A stretch of DNA of 64,000 nucleotides from Ylistrum balloti (taxonomy: Eukaryota). The stretch is from assembly GCF_031769215.1 (NCBI RefSeq), contig NW_026781979.1:682001-746000 (forward strand), written 5' to 3'. The position numbers and the translations under genes were made by a program. Below are positions 25,776 through 37,768 of the stretch, piece after piece (position 1 is the stretch's first letter; each line of letters starts with the position of its first letter). A model generated the notes under the pieces. It searched no databases. It was not told the DNA's origin and worked only from the letters and a program-made list of their open reading frames with translations.

Positions 25776-28576
25776 CTATAGTTCCTGATGTTGGCACGCT
25801 GTCTTGATAATTTTCGGAATTTCTAGCATCCAGAATGATACTCTGTCCCGAAAAACCTGTGTAGAAGAGGCTGGTTCGAAGCTTATATTATAAAAGTGTC
25901 TGTCCCTCTCGTTAAATGTATGCCATGTGGGTAGAGTGCCGTCATTTGGATTTCTGAAACAAAATTGACGAGTTGAATAACATTTTTCAACTTTAAGCAA
26001 TGTTGTATTAACTATTCTTTCAATAATGCGTACAAAAAAAATTATGACGTGTTATTTGGATTAAGATCATGTGCAGTCGTAATCTAGCTGTTGATTTACA
26101 TTGAAATCGTATAACTAAAATAAGAGGATAACGTAAGAAATCTTAGTCCAAAATCAAAAATCTATGAAACAAGGGCTACATATGTTACTCTGACGATCTG
26201 CCAACAGACAAGTGGTATACCAACGGGGACTAACTGTGACCCTATGTCGCCTGACTTGTTTTTATTTCCAAACAAGTTACAAAGACCTTGCGAAGTCTTT
26301 CATTTTCCCTTTCAGTTGAGTTAAAAAACAAGGAAACGACAGACTCTTTTACTTGCATAGTAAGCGGGATATTTTTTTTATTTCTGGATAGCAACACCCT
26401 GCATCCCCAATCTATGGTGTTTATGTGTTGCAGTTGATTCGATATTCAATGGCCTGTTCCCAATATCACAATTTTCGTGCAAGATGTCGTCAACTGACAG
26501 ACAAATTCACATCAGAGGGGTCCGTTGTTGCAGACTTACATTTTGAGAACACGACATTAATTACTTGGATCGACCAATATTTACACGTTGGATGTCGTCG
26601 TTGAAGCAGAAGACGTTTACTCTTTTGGAACACTTGGTCTTATTCTCTTGTACTTTTTAGGAGTCTTAGTGTAAAAATGGTTTTGTTCATTTTGCCCTTG
26701 TTTTATTGCAATTGAGTTCGGATTATGACTATGTTTATTGTTTTCGTTTTTGGTGATATCATGGAAAAGGAAATTCAGTTCATTATAAATCTCCTCCGAC
26801 TCTTTATCTTGAACATTCAAATATCACAGAAAATGTGAAAGAATTTAATATCTTAATTCACTATATAATCTGTGCTTATACTGTTATGTTTACTTTACTT
26901 TTTTAATAAATGTTGTATTTGTTGTTAAATTAACATGTTGCTAGATTCCGTAATAAAACTGTACACATTGATTAGAGGCAAGTACATTGCGACATTTAGG
27001 TTGTATTTCCTAATATGTTTTCGTATATACATAAGCTACATTTCTTTAATTCTCAGAGTTTTCTTACCCATATTTTGCAAAGTTTGTCCAATGTGTTATG
27101 ATATTCTTGGATAAAATCAATTTTTTTTTCACTCGATCCCCAGGTCCCCTGAAATAAGAACGATTTTTCGGCAGAGTGCGGAGTACCAGTGAACCATTCT
27201 GGTAGATTCGAGTCTTCTTTCGACGTATAATGATGTGAAAATAGGTACTGGTAGCTATGTGCTATTACATTGCCCTTCGAATGCACAGCAAGCCATTGAA
27301 CCACGGGAACATTGAAAAATAGATCACCGTATAAATCAAGCATTTTATTTGCCCAGGATTCATCGTCAGAACCGCGATATTTCTCACAGATCGCTTGCTC
27401 CAGAACTCGCTTATGTAGACAAGTTGGGAACAGATCTTTCACCAAACCAGGGATTAAATAACCACCCACAATATCTGGTGGCAAGCCATCCATGGGGTTG
27501 AAATTAAAAGTTTTCGATAACGGGCCAGAGAAAATATCGTAGAACATCGATCCCTCTTTGTCTGTTCCACCGGCGAGAAAATCTATAGAACGGAAAAGTT
27601 GAAATGGTTTAGATGTTATATCACTCAGCATTTCTTCAGGGTAGCTTGTAAAGAGATCCCCATCCAAAACTGCACCAAACATCAGTTCGTACCGTGCTCT
27701 GTCACCTCTGTGCCACGGCATAGCTTCTTGTGCTGTCAAAATAGCCTCTGTTGAGGTTTCATTGATACAACTTACCAACACTTTCGTGTAAGGCACGTTA
27801 GTATCATTCTTACAACCCAGTAATTCCCCAAGTTTTTCTACGTAGAACAAGGGATCATACACAAAGGCGATATATGAATTCGCCAATCCACCTTGTGCAA
27901 TCACTCTTTGAAACAAGTTCGTGTTACGAGGAATGAGAGAATGGAGAGAAACGCTAGCCCCTCCTGAAGATGTGCCAAATAATGTGATCGAGTCAGAATT
28001 ACCGCCGAATGATGCGATGTTGTCTTTGATCCATCTTAAGGCAAGGTGTTGATCCCAGAGCCCAAGATTTCCTGGGAGATCTTCGTTACCCGTACTCAGG
28101 AATCCTAGCACTCCAAGCCGGTAGTTTATTGTCACCACAATTACTTCTCCATATAGGGCAATAGATGATCCGTTGTACAGTGAACCATAACTGCTATAAA
28201 ATCCTCCTCCGTGAATCCATACCATTACACTTTTTCTTATCTTAAATGATATGTCTCCAGGAACATAAATGTTCAATGCTAAACAGTCTTCAGAGATATC
28301 TGTATTTGGTATCTTCTGTATGCATGCTGGTCCAAAACTGGTGGCATCTAAAATGCCATTCCAAGGATCAATGGTTTCTGTTTTTCGAAATCGGAATTTT
28401 CCTGTTGGAGGTTTAGCGTATGGAATTCCCCTGAACTCTACTATCTGCTTATTACCAATGTTTTTTGTTAATCCCTCGATAAGACCAAGGTTTGTTTTGA
28501 CGATAGGTACTGACTTGCTTTTCAAGTTGATCGCCGTAATCAAAGTCAACATCATCAAAACCTGTTTCGTGTACAT
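25776..28576 (-). CDS. Type-B carboxylesterase paralogue B (exons 28576-27068, 25953-25776) with a +1 frameshift in an A9 run; 561 aa if corrected
   Basis: ATG directly after a cag acceptor; IPYAKPP, SEDCL, WIHGGG, GTSSG, GGTDKEG, GTPHSAE. The conserved ...THWTNFAKYG|gtaaga is out of frame by one base at T9 27121-27129. Terminal exon NPNDGTLPTWHTF...FWMLEIPKIIKTACQHQEL*. Confidence 0.85.
26195..26560 (+). mobile_element. Penelope-like retroelement RT remnant (internally deleted) in the intron of esterase B
   Basis: Fragments QQTSGIPTGTNCDPMSPDLFLF (PLE RT GIPMGTNCAPLLADLFLY type) and PASPIYGVYVLQLIRYSMACSQYHNFRARCRQLTDK (PLE RT thumb type). Confidence 0.72.
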
Positions 28577-30134
28577 CTGTAGATGTTGGAAATCAGAAAT
28601 ATCGTTCGTAAATGTATGATAAATTAAGTTAATATACGTTAATGAAAAATGACAAATTGTCTTGATTACATTTTTGCCAGCGAAATATAGAGATACATCA
28701 CAGATCAATGAAAAGCTTTTCTCTTATTGGTCTTGAATCATAAAAAAAATAATTGAAAATATGAAGTTCTCTTTCAAACTGATTAAAATGTAACGTTGAG
28801 GACATTAACGTTCTTCATGATATTACATTCCATGCGATTCAAGAGTTTTGAACTAGAAAAGTCTTGCAGAAGGGTAGCCTTACAAAATCTCATCAAACTG
28901 GGCTGTTCATGTGAAAACCATGTTACTAATAAATATACATTTATATACTTGTATTTTTCCCATATGATACACTAACATTACAAAGAGAAAAATAAAATTA
29001 GTACAAAGGGAGAATGGAAGTGATTTTTCTCCTTTATTTCATTTGTATTCTTCAACTTCAAAGTAAAACAATTTTACCCAAATGTTTTGTCTAAATTATG
29101 AAACCCCTTATGATTTCCTTCAGCAATCCCCAAAAGAGGTAATGTGTAGAAAAGTGTTTTCAGAGTTGTCGCACAGGTGTTACACAATCTATGAATTAGA
29201 TAGGATATCACGTGTTTCACGTGTGTAAGGTAGCATATACCCTTAAGATATGATAACATTGTGGATCGTTTTATATATGATGTATTAATACTTTATGGTA
29301 GCAAATCAATTAGAACATGCCAAAGTCATGCATAAGTCACATATTACACAAATATTGTCAGCTAGGTTACAAAGATATCGAATAAAATACCAGATTACCT
29401 TTCCAAAGTTTGTCGTAGCACTATCACTTATCGTAGCATTCCTTACCGTACTGTAACTGGGAGACCACAGCTGGTAGATCCTAGATATATTACTATCTTG
29501 TGTTGATATGGCACGCCGTTATGATACCTGACTTCAGCATTTCAGATATCAATAGCATGCTAGCTTTGATGATATGTTGTAATGATTACAGATAGCTTTA
29601 ATAATGCGCTAAAACTCATAGCAGAATGTTCAGTTAAACTCAAACATTCACCAGAAAAAAAAACATGTTACACAATAGCAAATTTTATTAAACTCGTTGA
29701 AATAATTCACCTTTGAAGAAATATAAAGAGCTGTATTTTGGCGAGTGTGAAGAAAGACAAAAATGACGAGTCTATACACAAGCAAGGTATTTATTTATAT
29801 TTAGAAAAATATTTTAATAATGAATGTGAAACATTTGCCGCAATATACATACCCCTAAAAATTAGGGGTTAACTTTAATTATGTAGTAGTCAGCACAGAC
29901 TTATTTATGTAAGAAACTGCAGGCTTACTTTAAGATTAGGCTTATTTCCGAGTGCTTTGGTATCCCATTTAATCGTCTGCAGACTCATCCTGATGTGCTG
30001 TGTCTGGAAATACCGCATGCGCGTTTGTCAAAACCGTCGTTCTATTCGTAGTCATTTCCTACTGATACGTCCAACAGGTTGGCATGTGGATATTTAACTT
30101 AGCAGCAAAACGGAAGAGTTCTACAGATTAAAGT

Positions 30135-32232
30135 TTATTTTCCCACGATGGCGCTAGCTCCTAATTCTAAAAGTGATGGGATATACTTATTCCAAAACCT
30201 CATTCTGTCCTCGGCCACGTGACTTCCTGTTGACGGGGTTACGCTGATATTCAGAAATTCAGCTGTGATTGGGTTGTAGGTAGGCCAAATAGGAAGCCCC
30301 TGGCCATTGGGATTGCTGTATAATTAAAAAAAGACGTTGCATCAAATTAATGACATTTCATTCAATATTGTTGATATCAATGGAAATGTCCATATATATA
30401 TCTCATTTCTTAGATTTGCTTGAATGGTGTTTTGAAATAAAGAATGATTATACTCAAATAATCACTAATTTTCATGTGACGGTGTCAACATGAAATTACA
30501 CCGTATAAACCGTATGCAATTCGAAACTGGCAGTAAATATATAAAGCGTATTAGGAACACTGGAATTCAGCACAGACAAAATCGAAAACATATTCTGTAA
30601 TATTGAAGACGTTCCTGGTCATATGGCAGGAACAATATCATTTAATACATGTAATGACACCATGTTAAGACTATTCATTGATCATTAAGCTTACCCATGT
30701 TTGGCAAAGTTGGTCCAATAGGAAACAACCATGTCTGCTAAAGCTCTGTTATTTGCTGTATTGTTCAATGCAGTTCCCGGTCCAATTTGGCCGAATAAGA
30801 AAGGTAATTCGGCTCCATGCCATGCTCCTGTGAAATATACTGGTAATACATATGACCCTGCGATGGCTCCATGTCCTGAAAAAATATACTGGAATGTGTT
30901 TTTGCCTGGGGAGATGCTAGTTGCTGAGTGAGAGTTAAGCGCACTTACTGTTGCTGAAAGAAACGTGTAGTCAGTGAACAAATTCAACACATTTTTACTC
31001 TGCTCTAGAGTATCCGTACTGCTGTACATGTCAAAAATAGCACGTGACACATGTTCATTGTTATTATAGAATAGTTCAGCAAGTTTTGGTGCAATTTCGT
31101 CACGTAGCACGACAGTAGGTATCTCAAGTGTGGTGTTGAATCGATACTTTTCTTGAAGACGATTAGCGACAATGGTTGCTGCTATCCCCCCATCGTTGCT
31201 TGATGTACCGAATATGATGTCTAGTGATTTAAAGAATTTGTATTCTTCTGATGAGAAATTTGAAAGTAGTGCGCCTGGCATTTCTTTTATCAGAACGCCA
31301 TCAATAACTGGCATAAATTCAAGATTATAGTCACCTCCATAAAAAGAAGAGTTCAAACTATTTTGTGCCTCTATTATTTCATAGAAGGTTTTCCCTCTCA
31401 GACACCGTACAAGTGTATCCGTGTCTGTCCCCTGCGTACAGTTGATTACACGACCGTATTCTGATGTGATGGGTTTTGGATCTTGTCGTACTGCTATTTT
31501 GGAGTCCAGTCCTCCACTCTCGGAAATTACTCGTGTAAATAAGCCTCTGTTTATAGGCATCATGGCATGGAGGCCAACACTAAAAGCCCCCGCTGATTGC
31601 CCAAATATTGTAATACTGTTGGGGTCACCACCAAAAGATGCAATGTTTTGTTTCACCCATTGAAATGCTAGTCTCTGGTCCCAAAGACCAAAGTTTCCAG
31701 GCATTCCATCGTCGCTAGTGCTGAGAAAGCCTAGTGCTCCAAGACGGTAATTCAGCGTAACAATTATTACATCCCCTCTAGTTACGAGACGTGTTGAATC
31801 AAAATATGAAGCTTGTCCCAATAAGAAGGCACCCCCATGAACCCATATCATGACGCTCTTTCTGTCTTGTGGTAGTACTGTGCTCGGTGTATAGACGTTA
31901 AGCTGTAAACAGTCTTCAGAAAAGTTGGGATTTGGCAGTTTAGGAATTAGATTTTTAATACGGTCTTTATCTTGAAGACATGAAGGTCCAAAAACTGTTG
32001 CATCGAAAATATCTGTCCATATTTGGTGTGGTACCGGTTTCTGCAGCCTTAGATCTCCTACTGGTGGTTTCGCATAAGGGATATTTCTGTACTGATACAC
32101 TGTTTCACCTTCATACGGAACACCTATTCCTCTAATGGGCCCCGACGGGGTGTGCACAATTCTATAATCAGTGCAGAGAATATCATCGACAAAACCAGAA
32201 ACAAACAGAAGTGTGAACATACAAAGTTTCAT
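30135..32232 (-). CDS. Type-B carboxylesterase paralogue C (exons 32232-30695, 30315-30135; 572 aa)
   Basis: Signal-peptide-like MKLCMFTLLFVSGFV, IPYAKPP, SEDCL, WVHGGA, GQSAG, FGTSSNDG, GAWHGAE; phase-2 intron GG|gtaagc; terminal exon NPNGQGLPIWPTY...FWNKYIPSLLELGASAIVGK*; AATAAA overlaps the last codon and stop (30139-30134). Confidence 0.92.
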
Positions 32233-33789
32233 TGTCGTTATTTCTGAAATAAACAAGAAACAATTTATAATTAAACAATAATATCAGGACAGTTAGTATA
32301 AGGCTCGATTTCACATCGCCTAATATGATATAAATCTTAACAGCTAAGCAATGCAGTCGTATTGATAACTTAATGGTCTCTAATTCAAATCCAAATTATA
32401 TATCTCGTAAAAACATTCCATGTGCTCAATTTGTTTTTGAAAAGGTATTCGATTTCAAATGAATAGATTAACAATTTGAATCCTCTTGAAAACACGTTGT
32501 AAGCGACAATTTCGCATACGATTATACAAAGATTCCGGGATTTGCATGTAGATGTTGTTACAAAGTAGACATTTCATGTGATTTCGATAAGCGTGCCTGC
32601 AATGATATATAGCACTTTTGAATATATGTCAACATGTGAAAATTGTACAAAAGATACACCAGACATACCTGAACTGCACGTGATGAAGTCTTAAAAGATT
32701 CTAAGTTAGTAAAGGTCCAACATATACTTTCCAGTCTAGAAACATTGTTCTGTCGTCAAACTATGAAGCCTCTTAGTACCGCCCCTACATATCACTGTTG
32801 TTTAGTGGAGTGTGTTGTTAAGGGTCTTGAATAACCATTCTTTTGTTATATTCAGACCGTGTTTATGTATGATTCGACAACTCATGTGCTCGTTAAAATG
32901 CAGCTCAAAAATTAAAGACCTCTGTGACAAAACTTATCTGTCGATTTCAATCACAGAGTGACTTGGCATCTTTGATATATCAACATTCCTTTCCTACTAT
33001 TCAACCCTACAATTCGTTTATGTTGGCCATTGGAATATGTTATGCTCCAAACGATATACCTACATTTAAAGATTAAATTATATGATAAAGAATATTAGAA
33101 AGTTAGTCTGACATCCTGGGGCTGTTTTGGTGGGTTCCGTTAGACGGACGAAGTTACTAGTGGCATCATATGATGATTTATATGAACAAGTAACACTGCT
33201 CCAAAAATCTCCAAGCTCCTGTGTATCAAATATACTTTATAGTTATTGTATACGCAACAACAAGAATTTTTTAAGTCCTATCTAAATGGACAATGAAAGA
33301 AATAAAAGAAATGATTTGGTCAATATACTGTATTAATTTAATTTCTACAATGTTCACAACGGGTCTTGAAAGCGAACGAAGAAATCGCAAAATATATTGT
33401 CATACAAAGTCAAATACACATTTTTATTGCCACTTCAATATTGCAAATTAAAAATGCCTTGATTAAGAAACAATTGATCACTATTGAATTCTGCAGATAT
33501 TTGCATATGAGAAACCCAATGGCAAACATGTCTATCAAAATACGTTTCGTTTTGATAAAAAAAAAATCAGAACAAATCTGATTGTCACACTTAAATCTGG
33601 ACTCATGTTTATACTACCTCGAAAAATCGAAGTATTGAACTTTTTTTCTAATCATCAATTAGAGGATTATTGATAATTACTGATATAGCGAAACGACCTA
33701 TTACACGGCATTCATTCCGCATTCCTCTATATTAATATGGAAAGGAAAGATAATGATAAGGTTGAAGTAGTCATGGTTACACAAGACGA

Positions 33790-34265
33790 AGCCCATGGAT
33801 TATGGCTACCCAACAACTATGCCTCAATATTCTCGGCGGAAGCACGAGTTATCTACCTCGCACTTGAATATATTCAAACAAACAAAGTAAAGAGAGCTGA
33901 TATCTATTCAGACTCTCTTTCTGTAGTAGAAAATCTTAGCAATAGAAATATCGAAAATATTTTCATATGTAATACATTAATACTAAATCATGGACTTGCC
34001 TCAAACTTTCGTATTGTTTTTGCTGGGTTCCTTGGCACATGGGAATACCAGGAAATGAAAAAGCAGCTCGTGCCGCAAAGGCAGCTTTATCGCTGCCATC
34101 TTCATTTTACTGATTTCAAACCATCTATCAAACAATTTAACAGATCTGTGGCAGGATGAATGGAATCAATATGCCGATAATAAATTGCATTACTTAAAAC
34201 CTTTCATAGGTAAACGGTCTCCATGCTATAGTAACAATCACTGAGACGAAGTTGTCCTTGCTACC
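33790..34265 (+). mobile_element. Non-LTR retrotransposon RNase H domain fragment (frameshifted)
   Basis: SIFSAEARVIYLAL...IYSDSLSV, then after a frameshift CWVPWHMGIPGNEKAARAAKAAL, QDEWNQYADNKLH and DEVVLA, matching the RNase H and C-terminal region of RNase H-bearing LINEs. Confidence 0.8.
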
Positions 34266-34269
34266 TTTC

Positions 34270-34395
34270 TAGATTTCGATATTTCTTTCGATCAGTGTTG
34301 GTTTTCCTCAGTCGCCTCCTATGGTTAACTTGAAATTAGGTTCCTTAGCAACACCGACGAGCCTGGAAAGACGAAACAGCTGTATGATGCAGCAA
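34270..34395 (+). mobile_element. Penelope-type terminal-repeat fragment with a decayed hammerhead motif
   Basis: CCGACGA (34354-34360, U4>C), G-CCT-GGAA-AG-AC stem II with one mismatch, GAAAC, palindromic ACAGCTGT stem III, GTA triplet, stem I GCAACA/TGATGC with one mismatch. Confidence 0.5.
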
Positions 34396-35589
34396 ATATC
34401 TGGTTCTAGTTTAATTCTAAATTTGAATGGAAAACTTGTATTATGTGCAACTTACAAGGAATACTTTACGGACAATCTAAGTTGGCGATAATGTTTTCAC
34501 TTACGTGACATTTTCCGGAGACATGAACGTAGTTAAAGTTATTGGACTGCATACAACGAAGAAAAATGAACAATGCTTGCTATTTAGGAATACGTCATAT
34601 TAACTGATACTGATACAAAACTGCTTCACAACTAATTTCTTGGTGCTATGGATACATAGGTAGCAGGAAACAATAAATTTGCATTTTCCCTGAAATTATT
34701 GGTCATTGTTTGAGATATACAGGTATAGCAGTTTGGTTATGAAAAAACAAATCATTACATGTATATAGATTTATAAACTGCATAACAATTACATCAATAA
34801 TGGAGAGATAAAATTTGTGTAAATCAAAAATTTCCTCTGATTTCTGACATATGATTGTCATGGTTACCTTCTGACAAAATGTGAAAAATGCAAAGATACT
34901 GCTAATTCCAACCTAACACTACATTTAATAGAAGAAATTTAATTATATACACTTCAAATCTTAAAATCAACAACACTGTCATGGTAAAAATAAAAAAAGT
35001 AGTTACATTTCAGCAAATTCCAACTCGGAAATCCTTCATAACATGGCCACATGTAAACACTATGAAAATTTTACTTCCTGTAAAGCTGGTTTTTGGTGCG
35101 TAGACACAGATTCGAGACTGCCCAAATAGAAATGTCAAACACAAAGCTAAAATATAATTCTGAAAAAGATGAAACCCCACATTGTCCACCTCAACATGAC
35201 AAGACCAATTAAGCAAGGATTTATTTTTTAAATTTTAATTAAATCCTTTATAATGGGGTAATCTAATGAACAAAAAGTCCCCCAAGGCCACACTGTGTAC
35301 TGCTACCATAAGCTAATGAGGAAAAAGGTAACAATACACACTACACGACAATTCAAAATGGCCCAGTTCGATGCGAAGCGAGAAGCGACCGTAGAACTCA
35401 GTATAAGTTCATAAATTCATCACCCAATGAAATCGACAAAAGCAAGATTCAATGCTTAAATAAAATAATATGTATAAGCAATATGCCTACATTTGAATGA
35501 AATAGCTAACTTGTACCATCCGTCTTCAAATTGTCTGAGATAATTAACAAAAGAAGACTTCATTAAGCAGCCATATGGTAACCAAGTGT

Positions 35590-36400
35590 ACACAAAGTTT
35601 CAAGGACATTGATCGCCGTAGGGGATTGTTAATTCATTTCTCGATGAGTGCGTTAGCTGATTGGCGGAGGTGGTTTGGGATGTTTGCTCGTTTCCGAAAT
35701 CTTTTGTCAAATTCATCCCGTAAGTGTTCGATAGAAGACGAATTGGGGCTATATAGAGGCCATTCAAAAGATGAGTTTCAAAAAAGTCTCTAGAAACTCT
35801 GACAACATGTGTCCTAGCGTTATCATACTGAAAGGTCAAATGGTGCCTTATGGTAAAATGCACAATATGAGGCCTCATGATCTCATAACGATAACGTGCA
35901 GCCGTTAATTTTTCCATTAATGATTACTATACGAGTCTTTGTTCCATGAAAAATTCCTCCACAAACCATAACCGATCCGCCTTCAAATCTGATTACATGT
36001 GACGTCAGCAATCACATACGACGTGCTTGACGTTGAGGTGTCAGTGGCAAACCAACACACTAGCGACGTGGATGTAAATTTGCCTCTAACAGTCAATTTC
36101 TCACAGTTTTGCATGGATTCGGCGATTTCCATTACAAATACTACTTTGGGCCGTTTATGTCCATTCAAGCAAGTGGGAAAGCCTAATGAACATATCTTGA
36201 GGTCGCGACGTTACACGTGGACGTCCTGATCTCGGTCGGACATCAATCCTTCCCACGGCGCTGAGACGTTAAGCTAGCCGACTTATAGTTGATTTCTAAA
36301 CGCCGAATTCAGTAGAGACTTGCTGCTGAGTGCTTCCTCTCATGCGCATTGTAAGAGACCATCTTTATCATGTTGGGATAGCCATGGCATATTTGTAAAC
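35590..36400 (-). mobile_element. Tc1/mariner transposase remnant
   Basis: HTH region GSTQQQVSTEFGV*KSTISRLA...RPRSGRPRVTSRPQD; GLPLTPQRQARR; RFEGGSVMVCGGI; KLTAARYRYEIMRPH, FQYDNARTH; decayed SP..IEHL motif. Multiple stops, frameshifts and an internal deletion. TIRs not confidently found. Confidence 0.85.
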
Positions 36401-36949
36401 ACAATTATTGTTTGCAGATGTACCGGCGATCACGCGTCTTGGTGATAGTCAGACACTAGTTTGAATGGAAAAGAATGGATGCAATTGTGCAATCACGGTA
36501 TAATGGTAATTCAGGCGCACCGGATGTGGACACATTTTTTTTTGTCACGGATGACGGAGTTTTACCTATATTGGGGTATTTAGTAAGGTGCCCTACTATT
36601 TTATACTAATTATACGGCTATGAATATTCAATCCAAAATATTCTACAATTGGTATAATCATTTCAATGCAACGAAATATGTAAACTATGATCTTTTAATA
36701 CATGATATCAAGTCTTCAAAATGGAAAAATTTGATCAAATCAATTAATCAACTGGACGCATCGTGTTTATGTTTAATAGCATTAGGGTTTTCTTACATTC
36801 CTTTTAAGCTTGGTAGACGTTGCGGTTATCACTGGGGACTAAGTTAAATAAACAATCTACCAAAAGCCAGACTGAGGGTTTCAACCTTTTACAATGTTTA
36901 TCTCGGAATTTTCTTGACCCTTACTACGAACCTGACATCTGTTACTCGG

Positions 36950-37320
36950 CCTTTGACACAGAGAGAACAAGACTGAAGTGATCAAAACAGGAAAGAATTC
37001 ACTATCTATTGGTGGATTACCAGCAATGCATTTTGATTTGTACATTGTATGTAGAGCGCATCGACATCTATTGTGCAACGTCTACTAAAACGAAAACATA
37101 TTTTGAGAAATTTGACATATATCAATATTATCACTTTTCCGATAGCTCATCTTTGGAATTTGTCGATATCACAATAAAAAAACAAAGTAGTTATCGACTT
37201 TTTCCAAAGGTAACGGTAAACGTTTACTCTATCTTCATCTAAAATAGTATTGCACAATCAAACAAAAAGGCTTAATTCATCGGTGTATCTACTGTATAAG
37301 TTTTTCGATGATGTAAATAT
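36950..37320 (+). mobile_element. Possible retroelement RT C-terminal remnant
   Basis: SSLEFVDITIKK..YRLFPK resembles the PLE RT FLD...Y.K region; heavily decayed. Confidence 0.3.
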
Positions 37321-37768
37321 TGCATATTTATAACAGTTATTGTGGAATGAGACACTCCGTTTGGTAACATAAGTCGCACACTTGATTTATTGAGTTTGGC
37401 GTGCAAGATATTTCAAAATATTGCTAGTGATGTTCCAACTCTAAACCATCTTGTGTGTGTATGCTTTTGTCTTTCTTTTATAATACGTATTATTATTATG
37501 TACGGTTTATATACACCATATGATTTATCACATAACCAAGAAAGTTTTAATGCGTTATAGTAGAAAATGAAACACAAGTGAATATATAACACAAATATGA
37601 AAATAAATATCACTTATTTATTATCCAAGCTTTAAACAAAACAGACTTTGTACAATATCAGTCTCAAGATTTATGATACAGATCAATGATTAAGAATATA
37701 AACCAACAAGTTCGATTAAATATTGCAAAGTCGTAGACACCGTCAACGTTCATCAATGGCATCAATAA

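Noticed and set aside
26617-26820. 67-aa N/K-rich ORF in the esterase B intron
   Set aside because: Low-complexity, AT-driven; no recognisable motif.
37664-37768. Minus-strand IDAIDE (Walker-B-like) peptide next to the pseudogene breakpoint
   Set aside because: Too short, immediately followed by stops, no Walker A.
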